Under the pieces are notes generated by a model. The model was given only the letters and a program-made list of their open reading frames with translations. It was not told where the DNA came from and ran no database searches. From positions 1 to 35,776 of the forward strand of contig JAZRAN010000154.1 in the NCBI GenBank assembly GCA_045634605.1: a stretch of DNA of 35,776 nucleotides, given 5' to 3'. Within the stretch, counting starts at the first letter, position 1. The number at the start of each line of letters is the position of its first letter. This DNA comes from Candidatus Stercoripulliclostridium sp. Lineage in GTDB: Bacteria > Bacillota > Clostridia > Christensenellales > DTU072. The translations under genes and the position numbers were made by a program. Of the stretch, positions 28,801 to 33,480 are shown piece after piece.

Positions 28801-29635
28801 TTTCTCCATCGGGGGAAGTAGTGCATTCTATGCTGAAATCGGTTGCATACTTTTCGTACAAGGGGTAAATGTTGGTGTCTTTGGTTATATGAGTATAATC
28901 AACGTCCCATCCGATAAAACGATATCCGTACATTTGCATATTATGCTCGTCGGCGCGCGGAATCTTGATGGGAGACTCGTTGTAAGCAACTTGTTCTTCT
29001 CTTGCGGTAGTGCCGTCGGGATAATAGAATACTACGGAGTAAACCAATTTCTTGAACGTTGCGACAAGGCGCATACTCTTGGAAACCTGTTTGTCGAGCC
29101 TGTTAGCATTGGGGTTGCCGTCCGACCATCCGGCAAAATAATAACCTTCGTCGGGGATAGCTTCTACGCGAGTCGCATCCGCGCCTGCGCTTACGTTTTG
29201 AACGTTAACGCCGTCTATTCTACCGCCGGTAGATGCAATATATTCGACTTGTAATTCCGTGGGTACTACGTTAAAAGAGACCGTTTGCTTAAATCCACCA
29301 AAGTCCAAAACAACGCCGTCAACGACGCCTTCGGCGCTCGTGTCGAGACCGGTGACCACGAGTTCAGAAAGCGCAACTTGAGCAGACGAGCCGTCACTAT
29401 ACTTGACGGTTACGAAAACTTGCGATGGGTCTGCCCCAACGGAAATAAGCCCGTTATCGGGCGTAACGATAGCAACGACGTCGGGCGTTGTATGTTCCGT
29501 GACGTCCGCATATTGCGGTAATATAACCGCAGCCGCCACAACCGATGCAACTGCTACGACTAAAACGGCTATCATTGTGATGCCTAACATCCCGTTAAGG
29601 GAGAAACGTTTTCCTGTTACTCTTAATTTTGCCAT
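16892..29635 (-). CDS. Giant (4,247 aa) N-terminally membrane-anchored surface protein: InlB B-repeat / Listeria-Bacteroides repeat stalk, EF-hand-like Ca loops and a GLUG-motif C-terminal domain
   Basis: One uninterrupted ORF. I place the start at ATG 29635 (GGAG 8 nt upstream) rather than 29707. The TM helix is LGITMIAVLVVAVASVVAAAVIL. About 9 motifs resemble YYFAGWSDG, YRFIGWDVD, YSFKGWY or YVFEGWY. About 17 resemble GYHIASLKVNGVEV, GFYISAIILNGEKV or GYVMESVMINGDE. There are three DxNxNGVWDxxE loops and about ten GG[ILMA][VIA]G GLUG-like motifs. I see no LPXTG or SLH motif. Confidence 0.9.
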   Translation of the reverse strand: MAKLRVTGKRFSLNGMLGITMIAVLVVAVASVVAAAVILPQYADVTEHTTPDVVAIVTPDNGLISVGADPSQVFVTVKYSDGSSAQVALSELVVTGLDTSAEGVVDGVVLDFGGFKQTVSFNVVPTELQVEYIASTGGRIDGVNVQNVSAGADATRVEAIPDEGYYFAGWSDGNPNANRLDKQVSKSMRLVATFKKLVYSVVFYYPDGTTAREEQVAYNESPIKIPRADEHNMQMYGYRFIGWDVDYTHITKDTNIYPLYEKYATDFSIECTTSPDGEIIGTTDALSFYEKDEIATVRVSPISQDYKFVGWSVYNVELNSWVSLDPEMSGGKLVHVGADYAIEFISTRTGTQREYVLSFTPDEYVDSISVKAHFVKLQNDISFTSMGNKIFDLFDVSYETPIGQVFDVEDTSYLTMLGYSFKGWYAENGEVNANGSPVLVKNSTTFTQPTTLVAYWEKEIYKVVFLKGDNEDPSFIDPANGYQENVDGVLGASGRVVTAYYQDNLAGAVTGSFPEEIPVKTNYSFKGWYLADADRLPTSKVVDKTFKVESPVVYVVPVFEENTKALTVSIIGSGSIYSLTANPGEEAIEKSISNRVDMPVTKDYAIRIRPTEGYALSSVTINGATTSGQNLAGEDGYYDVTINAIISSDYSIEAVFTLSEYSVSITNGSGATNNGTITYGIVGTNETQSQLGENVLTQVNYGSGISIEIVPENENKPSSKQYYIASVSLNGVNQQVPAEATYYNLIIENVTENQNVVITYREFSYRVTLPAESEYGEMVAESEGLTFLRGNEPRFSVTAKDGYYIRRVTANGTIVDPYVAVNGYTVYKNAENGEFLVNGQAPKDGVNDYRVTKMTLSIDGIESDVTFAVEYAELYYNVTTSYEGIGSVDAPFTIGYNKAFSVRASTTSGYYVNAVVIDGGEEQTFDDVQLAREFQVSAAKKDYDVKFIFRRTTYFVRFEEKEGNTSITYNGSTINLVNGEGYTFNNIEHASTVDFEVKAKEGYYINKINVKSNTGIDRDETTNFFAKSHVITLSNVNASYSVVIDCLPISVDYKVYLINKADNEVSINNESVIGNTYVATVSYGGDVNVSVTISEGYELSLANIIVKNQDARETYQYLPLEGEYVENKLNGYYSLLSSTDMLGNEVTTLFVYDVTTAIDVYVYFEGEDANASEHVLTYGVEGNGVLSVTDGNGNAVVSGSALEVNSQVKFALSANTGSSAKTLVINGKEVPLIDGEYTLTIKEDAIVSAVFEEIVYAVNIQSGAQHGVIATDKSLVRKNESFNVRLTPNVGYYVSAFAITVEGSSVIHQPLTSTEYENYVSGVLNYEFKGEYVTGELTITASFAPIQYELTYTHGANGSLSGVGTTGTVNVNYGETKTVEITANDGFYISAIILNGEKVSTTNLIGTPIASGEYVSGRLQLYVSGNVDLAVEFSPMVYSITIDKVLGGETLVKKGEDAYRPASEVKLSLGDIISLMMKADVGYHIASLKVNGVEVDDWKEDNVSANDLSQRFYTLKDEVSGNITIRVEYAVNEYQINVNATNESANFKTIDVESNSYGVVTINGSAPDASKRYIHGSNVKFVITPRTARGYYIALFELIYIDDNGKTQSERINLTGSNESIGENGGSYILKGISRDIQSVNVEFKRRTYSYTQTLTIESEGAPWLSNGSLEPVFTNPYSNATVILENGKYEHGLNFTIKAMPGEGYTHGVFNVNGEDRLKSLRNNAYVGTINSDLDISVKYQIQTFEVDMQASLGGEYAIYDVDDVLLWAPGIIILDEAPEAGNAPDGLWTLAVRQLSTGTIWATEDGIKVTYGANVIFSAMPHNAFNGYVEEGNRISAFKVNGESKRIENEDATMRQSYEVKKDTYCEVAFTIHTYSITVNSFTGGLAQLSTSVVEWNQSMTIKLDINRGYVMESVMINGDEKPVIANALEDYGTYTELHVTSNLEIVITLANKKYDVTFNGDFAKTYDIVQNGEVVRKVSAVSGVIINKNVSGKEYGEYFTNVEGNFSDVGQLLGEAVFADKLTISLTAPNGYRITSVSITMDNDGGVISSLVQNENGLDADDGSGTRTFTIPSMTGNVVVNVTYAIKQYAIEYVIASGGQYESTGITLVSHHELFELKLVSDAGYYLSKLDVNGISIPTVYEKDGMRYKYSTTTTALGGGEKKIEINDAFVNGQSKITILPTYEKQKFEVVFFVNNLQITALYTDETLGLSLENNQFIFDTENVIAHELKEGYSITGVSLYNMPKNNPLAVAYNFALEGTADRNYNLFTKKASGLDVKLDDAILSMMDYHSTSQNVIRVYYTVAIDEHESIVQTYLVEATTENERVINKGSTITSAQIPTISGNRAFNVSASFSDRKDVTTHVYGTEATITVNVPAVGARRYSFQGFQEYKNGVWSYVTHDPDGTGITLQSNGQVLRYTMTSNRTFRAVFFRVYEITVQIHPEYKYFEGSFANNDPSSMKYRQYAGLTATANYTENLDRGVILPNVAGVQEILEDTDGNADATYTYRVLSGARLVLRGRDSISKNETKGYSYCVISEVGGKLTQREDGYTSGVETLEERLVYAYFKNTMMISFAMETVGSKVQSEGGSVTYAIDGATVGSLTNNSLSMSPNQTLTVNITPKESFRFDSMLELLPLSVPDAQGFKQFSSTYSPVTAKADGSVTMVYYNDKFEVINDVDAYLANGGRIGRVSVTFNHLAENSIFKIRFWKQISVTTRVEWFTDEPDSGSFATGYDIWFTDRSSGYENLSANKADANNRYKPQTITYDYNDRLFYDIGMTLTSLLGYKKYYQFVGYFINGINSYTQLGQNYPSTYEGDFVLNNLDNLPNGVNIVESTTATDGVQKTTYNVEIVAKFIPVYNVVVENEYVDSGNYLNPGQITASTIVYDESLTQYFTSSYSIESRLGADNSYRTDTAFQMLGKINTIDNSNKNHAGSSYNTWNDNMLTLSWIGGAESSDSFSFIAWQYYAYNKVTGTYEWRNIPYVDPNSQTNLVTKGTFTFPISCLFSSTYPAYIGIDESVMSGFNYDASQYDYNGNWISSSNISAIRIRPLFQKVENLTLVKSTALSTDTIFIDGQGEAEPKINSTSRSNGYFNYNTVQTLLHGEIPGYVFEGWYITENGNGGYQRLEATASESSYDKLVVEGSGLDATTYYLKTEEIKNVQGVGTGEYISYNYNPVTKQMQVLMDASFKIFARYVRVYTLSIRVSNVSGFSQVLTDAMPTLNCYQKVNGVWELVGEVSGNRMITIDNARVGTQYVFTLSTSYTGNINDSTYFNPLYDRFVGITSVNENNQNVWDGNNSTDAINSSIPKDGDLRDMILAKEWDEYNSAIELMEIVITANAEKTVNVNFESYGSLVLHNVYVGSAIKLPNELGEILKENDTNSVEESVDAQGNVAYYVNDGGVGDVDDVVDGIITINGIPILSGRTFDGQVSGDYANRIVQSMNVLDSDNISLGVNFDGSKISKKVQHVVYYGQASWNEYEYVYNGAWDAGEEYEDLNGNGVWDGAEPLTDSNANGVWDLGEAYTDSNSNGVWDGAEPLVDVKRFTTRVNNAISLYDYPFDGGDSLATAGDGSEAKPFKIRTVDHLRNVDNLYKGNNANLIYGYSGGQALRIHFKQVADINLNEVNNTLDRPLCMPFTSGGVYYSNGFNGVYDGGNFALYNVQLDLRSSGIKENVGIFSRIYRGGVVKNIALGRAYVAASANNVGIIAGSVFGGRIENVYYVEKGSPSISNTVNGSNFVGGLVGIISGESLEHGIITNSSIASFNIVATVGGSYLGQGSDYTGGAGGIVGSIGNYGSVQGKNGGYTVKGVSVVNGSSMGALGIGAGGIAGTIQASVSDTGLVAIDNVSAIDTRLASTYNKIAIGGIVGAVGANRTISNVSFTLSDSDSEVRSYSAPSGFDAPTWDENGNVRNYGGGGIAGYNNGTISGASVTTTGNYTLTLTGSMVGGLVGVNFGTVENATVKARLYTSRQKGTAYEGGTYGGMIGFNAGYLVGSGISGVSTATNDYNRTTAAYEIVTADNREYVPTSGSNGLMHGDAGADTSTIYAGGAVGYNIGTIDTVSVNAKLMVNRRSNDTLTSESYLAAVCGYSSNSNITSISGTAYIKFFHYLWVDQASDVNLPMYVYIGESSGNKKGETNVYVEASAEYVGGGTRYDPASIEAGFTWGYEGTNYLSGTAHVYFYDTDGYTSSSYAPDWNVSGTTESASSSSKVYAADCQKTGGDFQTLWKDAWNYQGYLRYVNVAQGKY
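19025..19195 (-). repeat. 45-nt (15-aa) tandem repeat x4 encoding EF-hand-like calcium-binding loops inside the giant gene
   Basis: The loops are DLNGNGVWDGAE (19150-19115), DSNANGVWDLGE (19105-19070) and DSNSNGVWDGAE (19060-19025), separated by 3-aa linkers. A degenerate upstream unit EYVYNGAWDAGE lies at 19195-19160. The DNA copies share ccgtcccatacgccgtt-type cores. Confidence 0.75.
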
Positions 29636-29674
29636 AATCCGGTCTCCAATGGATTTACGTCGATATATGGCACT

Positions 29675-29703
29675 ATTATATATAATAAAAAGCGCGCACG
29701 CAA
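29675..29703 (-). promoter_or_regulatory. Candidate promoter of the giant gene
   Basis: The minus strand reads TTGCGT (29703-29698), 17 nt, TATAAT (29680-29675). The predicted 5' UTR is about 33 nt and contains GGAG. Confidence 0.4.
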
Positions 29704-29716
29704 GCAACGTACGCGT
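29685..29716 (-). terminator. Rho-independent terminator after the GlmM-fusion gene
   Basis: The minus-strand RNA reads CGCGUACG-uugcuug-CGUGCGCG (8 bp including one G-U) followed by CUUUUUAUU. The stems are 29708-29715 / 29693-29700. Confidence 0.65.
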
Positions 29717-29761
29717 TATTTTACTAAAATTTTATCTTACGGGAGCGCGTATGCGATAGTT

Positions 29762-31708
29762 TTAGTCCCCGGAGCGCCTATCGACTGCCACTTGACAGGG
29801 CCTTGATATGACGAATTTGTTATCTTCCACGTCACTCGCTACGGTAGTACCGCCGGCAATAAAGCACCTATCCCCTACTTTCAGTGGGGCTATCAAGTTG
29901 ACGTTGCAACCGATAAACACGTCCTTACCTACTTCCGTTTTGCGTTTGACCTTGCCGTTATAATTTGCAAATACCGCGCCACAACCAACGTTCGTTCTTT
30001 CCCCTACCTTAGCATCGCCAACGTAAGCCAAGTGAGCGCATTTTACGCCGTCGCCAAGAGTAAAGTTTTTTATTTCCACAAAGTCACCTACTCTGCACCC
30101 GTTGCCGATTTCCGCCCCTTTCCTAAGAGTTGCAAAAGGTCCTATCGTAGAGTTTTTCCCCACCTTTGCTTGCTCGCAATTGCTAGAACGAATTTCCGTA
30201 TTATCTCCTATTTCCACGTCTAGCAAGTCGCAGTAAGAATAGATTTTTACGTTTTTACCTATTACACTGCTTCCGCGTATAACGTTAAAAGGATATATTA
30301 CGCTACCTTCCCCAATCTTTACCCCTTTTTCTATAAACGTGTTCTCGGGAGAAATTACAGTAACCCCCGTATATTCTTCTATGTTTACTCTTTGGGTATC
30401 CGTTTTAACGCTTTTAGTATTCTCTTTTGGCAAATTATTATTTATGGCGCCAATTACGTAATCCTTTATTTCTTCCACCTTGGCTCTTACCAAATCTTCA
30501 TTTTCCCCTTCCACCAATATTCTTATTTTAGGTTCCGTCCCACTCGCTCTAACGACTACTCTCACCCCACAGCCTTCTATTTTTTGCAAAAAGTTGCTAC
30601 TTCCGTTGACTTCTTCAAAAGATTTCTTTTCTTTCTCCGTAGCCACCACAAAGGTTTCTACGCAAGGATAATCTAGGTAATCTACCCTTTCTTCCAAACC
30701 CTTTTCCGCATCGGCAAGCGTTACCAACAAGGAAATTAATATGCCGTCCCCTGTTTCCGCCCATTTTCTTGCTATTACGTGTCCGCTATTTTCCCCGCCT
30801 AGCAATAGACCGCTTTTTACCATTTCTTCGTACACGAATTTATCCCCTACGTTTGCCCTTACAAACGTCACTCCACGCCCGGCAAACGCTTTTTCCAATC
30901 CTACGTTAGAATTAATCGTACCCACTACGCCACTTGCGCCCAAATATTCGCTTAGAGCGTAAAGAATAGCGTCCCCGCTATACACTCGACCGTCTTTTAC
31001 GCAAATTACCCTATCTCCATCTCCGTCATAAGCAAACGCTAGGTCGTAATCCCCTTTTCTTTCTTCTTCTAGCAAAGGGTCCAAACACGTCGCTCCACAG
31101 TTTACGTTAATTTTTTCTCCGTCATACTCATCGCGCAAAGCCGTTACCACGCAACCTAAATCTTCAAAAATTCTTTTTGCCGTTATTGCGGTTGCGCCAT
31201 AACACACGTCAAGCAATATTTTCTTACCCCTTATTTTATCGCCTACGATATTTTTTAGGTAATCTTCGTATTTGTCCGTCCCAACCAAACACTTAACGCC
31301 CCTTTCTCGCGCCCCCACAGGCTCGATAGCGCGCGTAATTAACGTTTCTATCTCTTTCTCCGCAAAAGCGGAAACCTTCGCTCCTTGCCCCGAAAAAAGC
31401 TTTATCCCATTGTATTCGGGCGGATTATGGCTTGCGGAAATCATTATCCCCAAATTGCACTCGTTGTACTTTGTAAGATACGCAACCGCAGGCGTTGGCG
31501 CTATACCCACGTCTAACACACGCATCCCATAACTTGATAAACGCAACGCAAGCGTTTCCGCTATCTTTTTACCGCTAGTACGGCTATCTCTCCCTATTAA
31601 AACTTTAATTTTCCCGTACTTTTGATATATTGCCGACGCAAATTTAAAAATAAATTCATCGTCAAAGCACTCCGCCTTCGCTCTTATTCCATCGGTGCCA
31701 AAACGCAT
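29762..31708 (-). CDS. glmM: Fusion protein: phosphoglucosamine-mutase-like domain plus GlmU-type left-handed beta-helix acetyltransferase domain (no uridyltransferase domain)
   Basis: 648 aa. The N-terminal ~425 aa carry FGTDGIRA, ISASHNP (phosphoserine loop), AYDGDGDRV (Mg site), GGENSGH and RASGTEPKIRI. The C-terminal ~200 aa read GPFATLRKGAEIGNGCRVGDFVEIKNFTLGDGVKCAHLAYVGDAKVGERTNVGCGAVFANYNGKVKRKTEVGKDVFIGCNVNLIAPLKVGDRCFIAGGTTV, which closely parallels the E. coli GlmU C-terminal domain as I recall it. Confidence 0.85.
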   Translation of the reverse strand: MRFGTDGIRAKAECFDDEFIFKFASAIYQKYGKIKVLIGRDSRTSGKKIAETLALRLSSYGMRVLDVGIAPTPAVAYLTKYNECNLGIMISASHNPPEYNGIKLFSGQGAKVSAFAEKEIETLITRAIEPVGARERGVKCLVGTDKYEDYLKNIVGDKIRGKKILLDVCYGATAITAKRIFEDLGCVVTALRDEYDGEKINVNCGATCLDPLLEEERKGDYDLAFAYDGDGDRVICVKDGRVYSGDAILYALSEYLGASGVVGTINSNVGLEKAFAGRGVTFVRANVGDKFVYEEMVKSGLLLGGENSGHVIARKWAETGDGILISLLVTLADAEKGLEERVDYLDYPCVETFVVATEKEKKSFEEVNGSSNFLQKIEGCGVRVVVRASGTEPKIRILVEGENEDLVRAKVEEIKDYVIGAINNNLPKENTKSVKTDTQRVNIEEYTGVTVISPENTFIEKGVKIGEGSVIYPFNVIRGSSVIGKNVKIYSYCDLLDVEIGDNTEIRSSNCEQAKVGKNSTIGPFATLRKGAEIGNGCRVGDFVEIKNFTLGDGVKCAHLAYVGDAKVGERTNVGCGAVFANYNGKVKRKTEVGKDVFIGCNVNLIAPLKVGDRCFIAGGTTVASDVEDNKFVISRPCQVAVDRRSGD

Positions 31709-31756
31709 ATAGCTCCTTTATAGCTACAATATATGCGAATATAAAATTTTGTTGTT

Positions 31757-31785
31757 AAAAAAAACGCGCCGTCCAAGACAGCGCG
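31757..31785 (-). terminator. Rho-independent terminator after mtnN
   Basis: The minus-strand RNA reads CGCGCUGUC-uug-GACGGCGCG (9 bp, one G-U) followed by UUUUUUUU. Confidence 0.75.
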
Positions 31786-31808
31786 TAAGTGTTTTTATTC
31801 AAGTAAGT

Positions 31809-32486
31809 TTATAAGAGCGTAACTGCTTTTAGTAGCGTGTTTGCGTTGATTTCGCAAGCCCTGAGCGCAAATTCTTCATACGTCATATTAGAGCCGTCAC
31901 CGGCAGAGTCGCTTATTACTTTGAGAGCGCCGAATTTTACGCCCGCGATATAGCAAACTTGAGCGCAAGCTCCGCATTCCATATCACAAGCGACAGCGTT
32001 AAAGGTTTCTGCTATGCGCTTTGACTCTACGTCACTCGCAACGAACTTATCTCCGGTTGCGACACGCCCTAAAACAGCGCCATCCGCCGACTTTAATATC
32101 GAGTTCGATACTTCTTCATCCGCATCAAAATAAACCTTATTCAGCCCGCTAATGAGCCCTATGGGGTCGCCGAGAGCAGTAGTGTCGCTATCGTATTGAC
32201 AAACGCTACTTACGGAAAGTACGCTTAGCGGTTTTAATTTACCTATACCGCCTGCAATACCGGTGTTTATGACGCACTCTACCCCGTAACGCTCTATCAT
32301 TATAGCGGTAGTGAAAGCAGCGTTTACTTTGCCTATGCCGGCAAGAGAAAGAACTATTTCCTTATCTCCTACTTTACCTATGGTAAAGAGTTTACCTTTA
32401 TATTCTTCGGTATAAGTGTCCGAAAGCCCACGGATGATTCCATGGGCTTCTTTTTGCATTGCTACTAATAAACCTATCTTTTTCAT
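31809..32486 (-). CDS. mtnN: 5'-methylthioadenosine/S-adenosylhomocysteine nucleosidase
   Basis: 225 aa with MKKIGLLVAMQKEA, LAGIGKVNAAFTTA, INTGIAGGIG and ACDMECGACAQVC, typical of Pfs/MtnN (PNP_UDP_1 fold). Its ATG overlaps the upstream stop (TAATG). Confidence 0.85.
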   Translation of the reverse strand: MKKIGLLVAMQKEAHGIIRGLSDTYTEEYKGKLFTIGKVGDKEIVLSLAGIGKVNAAFTTAIMIERYGVECVINTGIAGGIGKLKPLSVLSVSSVCQYDSDTTALGDPIGLISGLNKVYFDADEEVSNSILKSADGAVLGRVATGDKFVASDVESKRIAETFNAVACDMECGACAQVCYIAGVKFGALKVISDSAGDGSNMTYEEFALRACEINANTLLKAVTLL

Positions 32487-33415
32487 TATTCGGTATAAGT
32501 TTCTACTACGATTGCGCCTGCTTTTACTTCTACGGGCTTACCTAGGTTGGATACTACTGCAACGAAAGCTTCGCCGATTTTGCCGTTAACAACTGCTTCG
32601 GAAGTATCAACTTGTTGACCTTCTTCCGTGGCTACTTCGTCAGCCTTCTTTGCTAACACCTTCATAATTGCGGTGGAAATGGGGCTGTCGCTGTCGTTAA
32701 TCTTTAGCGACTTGGAAGTAGTAACGAGATTTCCTTCCGCATCAAGAGATAAACCGCTATAACTTACTAGGTATACTCTTTCCGGAATCTTTACAAACGA
32801 ACCTACGCCCGCTTTGTTGAGTTCTTCCTTTAAGTCATTGGTTAGGCTAGCAAGTTCTATGTAAGTAACTATTCTTAGCGTGCCGTCTTCCTTAATGCTT
32901 ACTTCGCTAATAGATGCGTTGAGTTCTTGCAAGAATTCTACTGCTTCGTCACTGCTTTCAGCGCCGTCCGCTACCATTTGATTAAAGATATATGCAAGAG
33001 TGGTATCCTTGTACTCAATGTTTTGCTTGGTAGGATAGATAATCTTATCGGTTACGATAGAAGAATAGTCGATATCGCCGTTTTCTTTCTTTGCAACACT
33101 ACTATCCGCTATGTTTGATTCTGCCTTACCTTGTTCTTCGGTTGCGTCAAATTGATTTTCCAAAATCTTGGTTTCATCGGGATTCATAAGTTCGTTTAGG
33201 AACTTAGGTATCTCTTTGAGTTTGATATCTGCAAGACCTAAAGATGCTAGCGTTTCGCCTTCAAACAACTCTAAATCAGCAAGACCTAAGTCTGCCGGAG
33301 TCATGTTTAGAACGATAAGACCGCCTGCTACTACGACGATTACGAGTACTAAAATAGTTACCAAAGGAACGATAACGCATCCTTTAATAAATCCGGGGGT
33401 TGATGGTTGTGCCAT
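32486..33415 (-). CDS. Membrane-anchored hypothetical protein (310 aa; one N-terminal TM helix, acidic extracytoplasmic domain)
   Basis: I place the start at ATG 33415 (AAAGGAGAAAAATT-ATG) rather than the track's 33484. The TM helix is CVIVPLVTILVLVIVVVAGGLIVL. An LGLADL/LGLADI duplicate sits just after the TM helix. I recognise no catalytic motifs. Confidence 0.7.
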   Translation of the reverse strand: MAQPSTPGFIKGCVIVPLVTILVLVIVVVAGGLIVLNMTPADLGLADLELFEGETLASLGLADIKLKEIPKFLNELMNPDETKILENQFDATEEQGKAESNIADSSVAKKENGDIDYSSIVTDKIIYPTKQNIEYKDTTLAYIFNQMVADGAESSDEAVEFLQELNASISEVSIKEDGTLRIVTYIELASLTNDLKEELNKAGVGSFVKIPERVYLVSYSGLSLDAEGNLVTTSKSLKINDSDSPISTAIMKVLAKKADEVATEEGQQVDTSEAVVNGKIGEAFVAVVSNLGKPVEVKAGAIVVETYTE

Positions 33416-33480
33416 AATTTTTCTCCTTTTAGTTGTCCTTCTTTGTTTTATTATTGCACGAAGTTGATTCGTTGTCAATA

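Noticed and set aside
17723-29521. Many plus-strand ORFs of 60-175 aa lie inside the giant gene, for example 27374-27901, 28889-29254, 22463-22792, 23418-23732, 23966-24247 and 18019-18216.
   Set aside because: All are antisense shadows of one continuous 12.7-kb minus-strand ORF. Their products are low-complexity (runs of Y, V, R, L), they lack RBSs, and no recognisable motifs appear.
29636-29707. A 24-codon N-terminal extension of the giant ORF (MLACALFIIYNSAIYRRKSIGDRI).
   Set aside because: There is no RBS. The extension overlaps the upstream terminator hairpin and the candidate promoter. The ATG at 29635 has GGAG at the correct spacing and gives a normal basic-then-hydrophobic N-terminus.
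16892-31708. The idea that the GlmM-LbH fusion supplies sugar precursors specifically for glycosylating the adjacent giant protein.
   Set aside because: Adjacency is the only evidence. The two genes are separated by a terminator and a promoter, no glycosyltransferase is present in the window, and UDP-GlcNAc synthesis is housekeeping.
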